Origin: Bacillus subtilis subsp. subtilis str. 168
GTDB taxonomy: Bacteria; Bacillota; Bacilli; Bacillales; Bacillaceae
Direction: 5' to 3'
Length of the DNA: 32,000 nt
NCBI RefSeq assembly: GCF_000009045.1
Contig: NC_000964.3
Coordinates: forward strand, 3,870,001 to 3,902,000
Position 1 is the first letter of the stretch; each line of letters starts with the position of its first letter. Position numbers and translations under genes: made by a program. This document shows, in pieces, positions 24,030 to 32,000 of this stretch. Under the pieces are notes generated by a model, which saw nothing but the letters and a program-made list of their open reading frames with translations, was not told the origin of the DNA and did no database searches.

Positions 24030-24401
24030 TTATAGATATTTGACGGCTGCGACAACGATCATAATCCAAGAAATAATAAACGCCACACCGCCGAGCGGGG
24101 TGATCGCTCCAAGAATGGAGATTTGCGTCACACTTAGAATATATAAGCTTCCGGAAAACAGCACAATTCCCGCAAACATCAGCCAGCCGGCTGTCGTGAC
24201 ACTGCCTATGCCGGATAATTTATCAGCCAGAAACGCGACAACGAATAACCCAAGGGCGTGATACATATGATACTGCACGCCTGTGTGCCAAACCTGAAGA
24301 TACTTATCAGGTATTTTCCCTTCTAATCCGTGAGCGCCGAATGCTCCGAGTCCCACGGCAAGCAGGGCGTTAATGGCCCCTAATATGATAAAAACTTTCA
24401 T
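24030..24401 (-). CDS. ywdK: Small membrane protein, DUF423/YgdD family
   Basis: 123-aa [30 protein letters not shown]..., characteristic GAFGAHGL motif. Confidence 0.93.
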   Translation of the reverse strand: MKVFIILGAINALLAVGLGAFGAHGLEGKIPDKYLQVWHTGVQYHMYHALGLFVVAFLADKLSGIGSVTTAGWLMFAGIVLFSGSLYILSVTQISILGAITPLGGVAFIISWIMIVVAAVKYL

Positions 24402-24462
24402 CTATCTCTCCCGCCTTTTCGTTAAACTCATATCATTTATCTTATCGCACCTGCACCAAAAT

Positions 24463-25785
24463 TCAATGTTTGTTCTCCGTTGACACGAGATTGTCGGATT
24501 TTCTCCTGCGCCAAAGCTGGAACTGGTCAGCTGCTATTGCAGCAAGCGTCCCTAATACGAGCCCGTTGCTTAATAGAGAAATAAATACCGGATGCAATCC
24601 CTTTAACGCAGTTTCAGGAACAAACATGATACCGACCCCTGTCAGCAGTGAGATACCGATGATAGACCTCACCCTTTTTGATTCTTCTTTCTCATATGAA
24701 TCAAATTCGGCAAAGGCCAGACCGCCCATTGCGGAGAACACAACAAAATTCACCGCAAATCCAACGGGTGACGGCAGGCTCGCAAACGTATTCATAAAAA
24801 ACGGGATCACGCTGATCACGATAACCAGAATACTGCCGAGCATAAACGGTTTTTTAGAAGGCATCTTGGTCGTTTCAATAAAACCTGCGGCTCCCGAAAT
24901 CGGAACAGGCGCAATAGCTCCCGTCAAACCGCTAAGCAGATGGCTGAATGAAGCTGCAAAACCGGCATGGCGTTCATGATGCTTTCCATCAGGCTGTTTG
25001 CTGAATTTTTTCATGGCGATGTCCACGACCTTCATGCTCGCCAGCATATTCACGATCAGCAAGATGGTAATAAAAATAGAAGTGATGATCAGGCCGCTGT
25101 TAAATAACGGGGTCCCAAAAGGAAACAGGGAAGGCAGCTGAAACAGCCGGTCCGGCATTTCAATCGGCTTTGCGGCTCCGGCAGCCGCAAACAGCACCCA
25201 CCCGCCGAACAAGGCTAATAAAATAGAATATTGCTTAAAAAACATGATGTTCGAATTTGTCATTATAAAAGCGGCAGCGATCACAACAAGCGCCAGGCCA
25301 AATACAAGACCGTCCACCCCGTCCTGTCGATAACCGATTCCGAGAATTCCTTTTATAATGGGCTGACTCAGCTGCATGACAAGAAGCAATAAATAGACGC
25401 CCGTTACAACCGGAGTAAACAATTTTGCAAGTCTGTCAATGACCTTGAAAACACTTAACAAAAAGAAACATACAGCGCTTACAAGAAGAGCTCCCTGCAA
25501 ACCCCGCAGTGTGTCTCCATATGTCGCAAACACAGTTCCCGTCAGCCCTGCGTAAATCGTATACACTCCCCACCACAAGCCGGCTGGGCTTTCATTGATC
25601 GGCAGTCTGTGGCCTTTCAAACACTGAATGACGGCGGCAATTCCCAGTACAAAAAAAGTGCTTTGAATCAATCTTGCAGAATCTGAGTGATCCAGATGAA
25701 ACGACTGGGCAACCGCCACCGGAACAACAATCGCCGCAGCAATAATAAACGCTGTCCATTGCAGCGCGCCAAGAACCAATTTCAC
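24463..25785 (-). CDS. ywdJ: NCS2-type (xanthine/uracil) nucleobase permease homologue
   Basis: 440-aa polytopic protein with NCS2-like features (PVPISGAAGFIETTK). Confidence 0.88.
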   Translation of the reverse strand: MKLVLGALQWTAFIIAAAIVVPVAVAQSFHLDHSDSARLIQSTFFVLGIAAVIQCLKGHRLPINESPAGLWWGVYTIYAGLTGTVFATYGDTLRGLQGALLVSAVCFFLLSVFKVIDRLAKLFTPVVTGVYLLLLVMQLSQPIIKGILGIGYRQDGVDGLVFGLALVVIAAAFIMTNSNIMFFKQYSILLALFGGWVLFAAAGAAKPIEMPDRLFQLPSLFPFGTPLFNSGLIITSIFITILLIVNMLASMKVVDIAMKKFSKQPDGKHHERHAGFAASFSHLLSGLTGAIAPVPISGAAGFIETTKMPSKKPFMLGSILVIVISVIPFFMNTFASLPSPVGFAVNFVVFSAMGGLAFAEFDSYEKEESKRVRSIIGISLLTGVGIMFVPETALKGLHPVFISLLSNGLVLGTLAAIAADQFQLWRRRKSDNLVSTENKH

Positions 25786-25804
25786 GTAAGCTCAACCTCT
25801 CTCT

Positions 25805-26122
25805 TTAAAAATCAAATAAAGACTCTCCGTTTCCATCCTCTTCCTGCTTCTCTTTTTCTTGCTTTCGATATTTGTTTAATCCCGCGCTCCCCATCATTTT
25901 TTCCATCATCAGCTGGTCTGTCGATGGCGGCGCGGCGGGACTTGGCGTAACGCTCGGCTGTATGCGGGGCGCGCTCGCGTTCTCCGGCTGATCAAGCACG
26001 ACATCACACAGAGAACGGACAACCGCTACATAACGCTTCAGCTCCTCATCCCGTTCAGCCGTTTTTGCTTTTTTTAGCTCTTCTTCCATCTTTTGAATCA
26101 AAGCAGATATATGAATGTTCAT
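25805..26122 (-). CDS. ywdI: Conserved hypothetical protein YwdI
   Basis: MNIHISALIQKMEEELKKAKTAERDEELKRYVAVVRSLCDVVL...; ATG at 26122 preceded by GGAGGG on the minus strand. Confidence 0.88.
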   Translation of the reverse strand: MNIHISALIQKMEEELKKAKTAERDEELKRYVAVVRSLCDVVLDQPENASAPRIQPSVTPSPAAPPSTDQLMMEKMMGSAGLNKYRKQEKEKQEEDGNGESLFDF

Positions 26123-26226
26123 GAAGCACCCTCCAAAAAAATAAATGTTGTCTTCCTGCATTTTATCAAATTCCTGCTGAAAACGCAGATATGAGTTTGT
26201 TATTTTTTCTGACAAACCTTGCGCGA

Positions 26227-26255
26227 TTGACAAGCAGAAGAGATTTTTCACATAA
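26227..26255 (+). promoter_or_regulatory. Sigma-A-type promoter for ywdH
   Basis: TTGACA - 17 nt - CATAAT, 35 nt before the ywdH ATG. Confidence 0.75.
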
Positions 26256-26289
26256 TAAATCACCATACCTTACAAAAAGGAGAAACGGA

Positions 26290-27660
26290 ATGAACAGCAT
26301 CCCCTCTATCATCAGCAAGCATAAAGCCTATTTTGCGGCGGGACATACGAGACCGCTTGAATCGAGACTGAACATTTTGCGAAAGCTGAAACAAGCCGTC
26401 AGAACTCATGAAGCCGATCTCATAGCCGCTCTCTACCAGGATCTCCATAAATCCGAGCAAGAAGCATACTCAACAGAAATCGGAATCGTCTTGGAGGAAA
26501 TCAGCTTTGTCATGAAACGGCTGAGAAAATGGTCCAAGCCGAAACGAGTCAAAACGCCGTTGACTCATCTAGGCTCCAAAAGCATCATCATCCCTGAGCC
26601 GTATGGAACCGTTTTGGTGATTGCGCCTTGGAACTATCCCTTGCAGCTGGCGCTTTCTCCGTTGATTGGCGCCATTGCGGCGGGGAACACGGTCGTTCTC
26701 AAGCCATCAGAATATACGCCGGCTGTTTCTGCTATTCTTTCCAAACTCATCAGCAGCGTTTTTCCAACTGATTATGTCGCTATGGCAGAAGGCGGGCCCG
26801 ATGTCAGCACAGCATTATTACAGCAGCCCTTTGACTACATTTTCTTTACCGGCAGTGTAGCTGTAGGAAAAATCGTCATGGAGGCCGCCGCCAAACAATT
26901 AATTCCCGTAACCTTGGAGCTCGGCGGCAAAAGTCCCTGCATCGTCCATAAAGATGCTGACATTCAGCTTGCCGCCAAACGCATCGTCTTCGGGAAATTT
27001 ACAAATGCGGGACAAACCTGCATCGCACCGGATTATTTATTTGTCCACGAGGACATCAAAACGAAGCTCACAGAAGAAATGAAGCGTGCGATCAGAGAAT
27101 TTTACGGCCCTCAGCCGGAACGGAATCCACAGTACGGCAAAATCGTCAGTGAGCGCCACTATCAGCGGCTGCTCAGCTTTCTGAATGATGGCATCCCGCT
27201 CACAGGCGGACAATCTGATCCCAATCATCACAAAATTGCGCCGACCATTCTCGAACAAGTGAGAGATGACTCTCCAGTGATGCAGGAGGAGATTTTCGGG
27301 CCGATTCTTCCGCTCTTTACATACCGCAATATCGGGGAAGTCATTGAGAAAGTCCAATCGCGCCCTAAGCCGCTCGCCCTGTATCTCTTCACCACAAACA
27401 AAGAAATTGAGCGCGCTGTTTTAGGAAATCTGTCGTTTGGCGGGGGCTGTGTCAATGATACGTTAATGCATGTTGCGACGCCGTATTTGCCATTCGGCGG
27501 CGTCGGGGAAAGCGGCATCGGCAGCTATCACGGGTTTGACAGTTTTAACACATTCACGCACAAAAAAAGCGTCGTCAAACAAACGAACCGTTTCGACTTC
27601 GCATTTCGTTATCCTTCCTCCAAAAACGGGCTGCGAATGATTCGAAAAATACTCAAATAA
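26290..27660 (+). CDS. ywdH: Aldehyde dehydrogenase (class 3-like)
   Basis: [28 protein letters not shown]...; ALDH motifs [10 protein letters not shown] and [13 protein letters not shown]; start at ATG 26290 after AAGGAG. Confidence 0.94.
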
Positions 27661-27688
27661 AAAAGCGCAGATCACCTGCGCTTTTTAC
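27660..27688. terminator. Bidirectional Rho-independent terminator between ywdH and ung
   Basis: AAAAAGCGCAG-ATCAC-CTGCGCTTTTT between convergent genes; it touches both coding ends. Confidence 0.9.
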
Positions 27689-28362
27689 AAATCCTTAATA
27701 CACCAATCAATCGGCGCCTCTCCCATTTTCTCCAAATAGGCATTCGCCCGGGAAAACGGTCTGCTCCCGAAAAATCCGTTTCTCGCAGAAAACGGGCTGG
27801 GATGCGTCGATTCAATGATAAAATGCTTGGAGGTGTCGATCCGTTCTTTTTTCATTTGAGCATGCCGTCCCCACAAAATAAAGATAACCGGCCGCTCTCT
27901 TTCACTCAGCACGTCAATAATTCGGTCCGTCAGTCGCTCCCAGCCTTTTCCCTTATGGGAATTCGCCTGTCCGCGCCTTACTGTCAGCACAGTATTCAGC
28001 AAAAGAACGCCTTGCTTTGCCCAGCTCACAAGCGACCCGTGATTCGGGATGCTGCACCCGATGTCCTGCTGCAGCTCAAGAAAGATATTTTTTAACGAAG
28101 GCGGCTGCTTTACACCGGGCTTGACAGAGAAGCTTAAACCTTGAGCCTGTCCCGGCCCGTGATACGGATCTTGACCCAAAATGACGACCTTGACATCATC
28201 ATATGATGTATAATGCAGCGCGTTGAAAATATCCCGGCTGTCCGGATAAATCGTTTGCTCCGCGTATTCCCTCTTCAGCATCTCTCTGAGCTCTTGATAA
28301 TACGGTTTCTCAAACTCTTCCTTTAGCTGATTCCACCAGCTGTCTTGTAAAAGCTGTTTCAA
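27685..28362 (-). CDS. ung: Uracil-DNA glycosylase, family 1
   Basis: [22 protein letters not shown] and [10 protein letters not shown] signatures. Confidence 0.98.
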   Translation of the reverse strand: MKQLLQDSWWNQLKEEFEKPYYQELREMLKREYAEQTIYPDSRDIFNALHYTSYDDVKVVILGQDPYHGPGQAQGLSFSVKPGVKQPPSLKNIFLELQQDIGCSIPNHGSLVSWAKQGVLLLNTVLTVRRGQANSHKGKGWERLTDRIIDVLSERERPVIFILWGRHAQMKKERIDTSKHFIIESTHPSPFSARNGFFGSRPFSRANAYLEKMGEAPIDWCIKDL

Positions 28363-28375
28363 GATTCAGGCCTCC

Positions 28376-29182
28376 TTACGAACGATGAAGTCTGGAATAG
28401 ACAGGCTCGCCATCCCAAACCATTTCACTTTTTGCTTCCCGCCTCTTCATCTCAGGCTCTTCAAGCAGGACGGCAAAGTTTTTCGTCGGCAGCTCCCCGA
28501 GTCCGTGCTTTTCACTTAAACGATCCAAATATTGCTTCCGCTTGGCGCCAAGGTCAGCAGACTGATTGTCTCCCGCGTCACTGAAGGCATAAATCACGCT
28601 GGCGCAAGGGACACGCTTCACCCGGTAATCCTTGGCCGCGCGCAAATAAAAATCCCAGTCCCAGTAATTGTGCACATCAGCATCGAAATACCCGATTTCA
28701 TCATGCAGAAAACGTCTGTACATGCTGCCCGACGGCACGTATGTAGAAAACACTCTCATATCCTCATAGTCAGCGGTATAAGCAAACAATTTCCGTGACA
28801 CTGGATACCTTGTTCCGTTTTTCTCTTCAAACGAAACTATTTCCGCATCAGAATGAACGAAGTCTGCCGTTTCTATTTCCTTTGCCATTTTCTCGATATG
28901 CCCTGGCGTAAAGAAATCATCGTCATCACACAGCATAATGCAATCCCCAGACGCCTCTTTTACACCGGCATTTCTCGCAGCCACATGCCCCGAGTTCTTT
29001 TCTAAATTGATGACAGCAATCGGCAGCTCCGGATAAAGTGCTTTGACCGGCACGACCGATTCCCCGGCATCATTCACAATAATAATTTCATACGGCATCA
29101 AGGTCTGGCGGGAAATCGACTCCAAAAGCTCACACAAAGCCGGAATCCGATTATAGGTCACAATTACGATAGAAATCTTCAT
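28376..29182 (-). CDS. ywdF: GT2 family glycosyltransferase
   Basis: MKISIVIVTYNRIPALCELLESISRQTL...CDDDDFF; ATG 29182 preceded by GAAGGAGAG. Confidence 0.93.
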   Translation of the reverse strand: MKISIVIVTYNRIPALCELLESISRQTLMPYEIIIVNDAGESVVPVKALYPELPIAVINLEKNSGHVAARNAGVKEASGDCIMLCDDDDFFTPGHIEKMAKEIETADFVHSDAEIVSFEEKNGTRYPVSRKLFAYTADYEDMRVFSTYVPSGSMYRRFLHDEIGYFDADVHNYWDWDFYLRAAKDYRVKRVPCASVIYAFSDAGDNQSADLGAKRKQYLDRLSEKHGLGELPTKNFAVLLEEPEMKRREAKSEMVWDGEPVYSRLHRS

Positions 29183-29271
29183 GATGCTCTCCTTCTCATT
29201 TTCATAGTCATGTACTATTAAAACATATATTGGACGGGAGATCAGTGGGAATATCCTACTGAAACGGCATA

Positions 29272-29814
29272 CTACAATGATAGAAACAGCAAAGTGGCTC
29301 CGATCAGAAGCACCATGATCAGCATCAGATCTCCAAAGACATGAAAGATATCTTTCATGCGGACGCCATTCGGAAGGATAAGACGCCACAGCTTAGATTG
29401 ATAGACCGGCAGCAGCACCAGTGCATAAGAAAGACACAAAAATGTAAAAGCCGGCGGCACAAAAGCACAGCCTGCATCGTCCCAATTCATCATGATGTCT
29501 TTCATACTAGATCCATCCAATAAAAACAAAGATATCATGAGGGCTAGCAACACAAAGGACCCCAATTGAACCTCAAACAGGCGCATTTTCTGGTTATATG
29601 CAAATCGGACCGCCCAAAACCAGACATAAGCATATGAACATAGCAGCGTAAGAATGGCACCTGCTGTAAAGACGACATCAGGCAGCCGATCAAGCAGAAA
29701 AACAAAAGGCAAGCTGGCTGCCATAGCCAAGAGCATGCAGCCACCAGTAAACAAAAATACTGCCCCATGAGCTACAAAACCATATAAACAAGAGCTAATC
29801 CTCACGACATACAC
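29272..29814 (-). CDS. ywdE: Predicted multi-pass membrane protein
   Basis: 180-aa ORF with several hydrophobic segments. The GTG at 29805 may be the true start, since the GTG at 29814 sits too close to AAAGGAGG. Confidence 0.82.
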
Positions 29815-29852
29815 CTCCTTTACATAGAAATTCTATGTATATACCTAAAAAA

Positions 29853-30488
29853 TCAGACAAGCTGACGCCTGCCAATATAACAGCCCATTCGGCCAAATAA
29901 CGGAAATAACAGCGTTGCAAAAGCACAAGTTCCAACAAACCAAGGTGTCAACAAGGATTGAAACAGCGCAGCAGGAATTACATTGAATAGAAAAACAAGC
30001 ATAAAAATGACGTTTGGCACCATTGAGATCAGAATCGTATGTAGAACAAGCTTTTCTCCGCGTTTTCCAAACTCCTTCACGCCTTGATACCCAATCAGCA
30101 CCCAGTAGATCATATATGCAGCTAAGATCAGCCAAACAGAAACAGAAATGCCTTTCCATACTGCTTGAACAAACGGTGATTCAAGCCATACATGCATTAT
30201 TGTAATCGCAATGCCGACAGCGAATAGGGCACTGTTACAGAAAAGATGGAACATCAAAAACGCACGAAACGTTACTGGCTGTATTTTCTTAAACGAAGAA
30301 ACAATGTCAGTTGGTGTTCCAAACGCCTGCAATAAAGTCTGCATAGCTTCCTCCTCACTCTTTCCTTCCTGAAAAGAGCGAAACAGATGATGTTCAATAT
30401 GGCTCTCAATCTCTTCTATCATCGCCTCACCCTCAGGAAGCCCTTTAAGCCCGCTTTTGATTTCGGATACATATGTTTCTTTATCCAT
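29853..30488 (-). CDS. ywdD: HAAS-type (DUF1700-like) N-terminal domain plus transmembrane segments
   Basis: 211-aa [35 protein letters not shown]..., C-terminal hydrophobic helices; start overlaps the end of the PadR-like gene. Confidence 0.85.
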
Positions 30489-30819
30489 TTTGTCCGCTCC
30501 ACTTCAGTATTCGGTCCATCATGGCTGAAAATACGCTCCATTCCTTCGTGCGTTCCGCCAGCACTTCTTTGCCCTCGTCTGTAATCCGGTAATATTTGCG
30601 GTCCGGTCCTTTCTCCTGCTTCTCCCAGTAGGAAGAAATATACCCTTGGCGTTCAAGCTTGTGAAGAGAAGGATACAAGGTCCCTTCTTTCATCTGCAGT
30701 TCATTTCCGCTGCGGCTTCCCATTTCTTTTACAAGCTCATAGCCGTACATCGGCCGCTCGTTCAGAAGCGTCAATACCAATATAACCGTGCTTCCCTTAA
30801 CCAGCTCACGATTTAACAT
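30481..30819 (-). CDS. PadR family transcriptional regulator
   Basis: 112-aa ORF ...[51 protein letters not shown]..., classic PadR winged helix. Confidence 0.95.
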
Positions 30820-30851
30820 CTCAAAACCCCTACCTAGTTTTCTTATGTAGC

Positions 30852-30880
30852 ATTTTACGAAAGCCCGTTGAGATTGTCAA
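30852..30880 (-). promoter_or_regulatory. Sigma-A-type promoter for the padR-like/ywdD/ywdE operon
   Basis: Minus strand TTGACA - 17 nt - TAAAAT. Confidence 0.85.
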
Positions 30881-30903
30881 ATGATTCCTATAGATCTTCT
30901 ATA

Positions 30904-30932
30904 TTGTGATACAGAGAAAATCTAACTATAAT
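30904..30932 (+). promoter_or_regulatory. Sigma-A-type promoter for pdxK
   Basis: TTGTGA - 17 nt - TATAAT, 31 nt before the ATG. Confidence 0.85.
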
Positions 30933-30962
30933 GAAAGACAAAACATGATGGAGGTTCAAGAC

Positions 30963-31778
30963 ATGTCTATGCATAAAGCACTCACCATTGCCGGCTCAGA
31001 TTCCAGCGGCGGTGCTGGGATTCAAGCTGATTTAAAAACATTTCAAGAAAAAAACGTATACGGGATGACCGCCTTAACGGTGATCGTTGCGATGGACCCA
31101 AACAACAGCTGGAACCATCAGGTATTCCCGATCGATACTGATACAATCCGCGCCCAGCTTGCAACAATTACGGACGGCATCGGCGTGGACGCCATGAAAA
31201 CAGGAATGCTGCCAACCGTTGACATTATCGAGCTTGCGGCAAAAACGATCAAAGAAAAACAATTAAAAAATGTGGTAATTGACCCGGTTATGGTTTGCAA
31301 AGGTGCTAATGAAGTCCTTTATCCGGAGCACGCCCAAGCCCTGCGTGAGCAATTGGCTCCGCTAGCCACTGTCATTACGCCAAACTTGTTTGAAGCCAGC
31401 CAGCTCAGCGGCATGGATGAACTAAAAACAGTTGACGATATGATCGAAGCCGCGAAAAAAATTCACGCACTCGGCGCTCAATATGTCGTCATTACAGGCG
31501 GAGGCAAACTCAAACACGAGAAAGCCGTTGATGTTCTCTATGACGGAGAAACAGCGGAAGTCCTTGAAAGCGAAATGATCGATACGCCTTATACACATGG
31601 CGCAGGCTGTACATTCTCAGCAGCCGTGACAGCGGAGCTTGCCAAAGGTGCGGAAGTCAAAGAAGCCATTTACGCAGCGAAAGAATTCATCACAGCGGCC
31701 ATTAAAGAATCCTTCCCGCTAAACCAGTATGTTGGTCCTACGAAGCATTCTGCACTGCGCCTGAATCAACAATCATAA
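30963..31778 (+). CDS. pdxK: Pyridoxine kinase / hydroxymethylpyrimidine kinase (ribokinase superfamily)
   Basis: MSMHKALTIAGSDSSGGAGIQADLKTFQEKNVYGMTALTVIVAMD..., GAGCTFSAAVTAEL motif; preceded by GGAGG. Confidence 0.93.
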   Translation: MSMHKALTIAGSDSSGGAGIQADLKTFQEKNVYGMTALTVIVAMDPNNSWNHQVFPIDTDTIRAQLATITDGIGVDAMKTGMLPTVDIIELAAKTIKEKQLKNVVIDPVMVCKGANEVLYPEHAQALREQLAPLATVITPNLFEASQLSGMDELKTVDDMIEAAKKIHALGAQYVVITGGGKLKHEKAVDVLYDGETAEVLESEMIDTPYTHGAGCTFSAAVTAELAKGAEVKEAIYAAKEFITAAIKESFPLNQYVGPTKHSALRLNQQS

Positions 31779-31782
31779 AAAA

Positions 31783-31815
31783 AGGGGCTGCCTTACAGAG
31801 AGGCAGCCCTTTTTA
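31783..31815. terminator. Rho-independent terminator of pdxK, possibly bidirectional
   Basis: GGGCTGCCT-N7-AGGCAGCCC flanked by A-run and T-run. Confidence 0.88.
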
Positions 31816-31867
31816 AATCACCGAAGACTTTTCACAGAAAAAACTGCCGATCCCATCGGCAGCCTGT

Positions 31868-32000
31868 TTATTTGATTTTTAAATTGTTTGCAGATTTCCT
31901 CAAAAATGTTTCTATCGACTGAACAAAAAGTGCATATTCCTTCATTTGTTCATATGCCCGCGTGAGAATTTCCGCCGTTTCACTGTGCGGCGTTGTTCCG
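31868..32000 (-). CDS. ywdA: C-terminal part of a small hypothetical protein (probably YwdA), truncated by the window edge
   Basis: Open minus frame ...GTTPHSETAEILTRAYEQMKEYALFVQSIETFLRKSANNLKIK-stop. Symbol assigned mainly from synteny next to pdxK. Confidence 0.6.
   Translation of the reverse strand, partial: GTTPHSETAEILTRAYEQMKEYALFVQSIETFLRKSANNLKIK

Noticed and set aside
24470-24979. Plus-strand ORF of 169 aa opposite ywdJ
   Set aside because: It is wholly antisense to a well-conserved permease gene. The composition looks like a reverse-frame artefact, with no recognisable domain.
29183-29389. ORF-track N-terminal extension of ywdF ([16 protein letters not shown]...)
   Set aside because: The GT2 fold begins at MKISIVIVTYNR (29182) with a good SD. 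The extension runs into the ywdE coding region in another frame.

Overview
This window matches a well-known Bacillus subtilis-type chromosomal region (recognised from memory of the proteins, no database search). From left to right it holds: the proximal part of the bacilysin operon (bacA-bacD plus the 5' part of bacE); an MFS transporter gene (ywfA); the arginine-catabolic rocABC operon and rocG; the BslA paralogue gene yweA; the spore-coat polysaccharide operon spsABCDEFGIJKL; gerQ; ywdK, ywdJ, ywdI and ywdH; ung; ywdF, ywdE, ywdD and a PadR-type regulator; the pyridoxine/HMP kinase gene pdxK; and the 3' end of a small ORF (probably ywdA). Nearly all genes lie on the minus strand. I see no phage, CRISPR array, IS element, tRNA or rRNA, and no convincing novel system. 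The best second-look items are regulatory: two RocR-like palindromes between rocG and rocA with two sigma-54 promoters, a cre-like site in the rocG leader, a perfect 12-bp inverted repeat between rocA and rocB, and a PadR-like operator overlapping the -10 of a padR/ywdD/ywdE operon. The composite legionaminic-acid/rhamnose-type sps pathway and the GQQ micro-repeat in gerQ are also worth noting.
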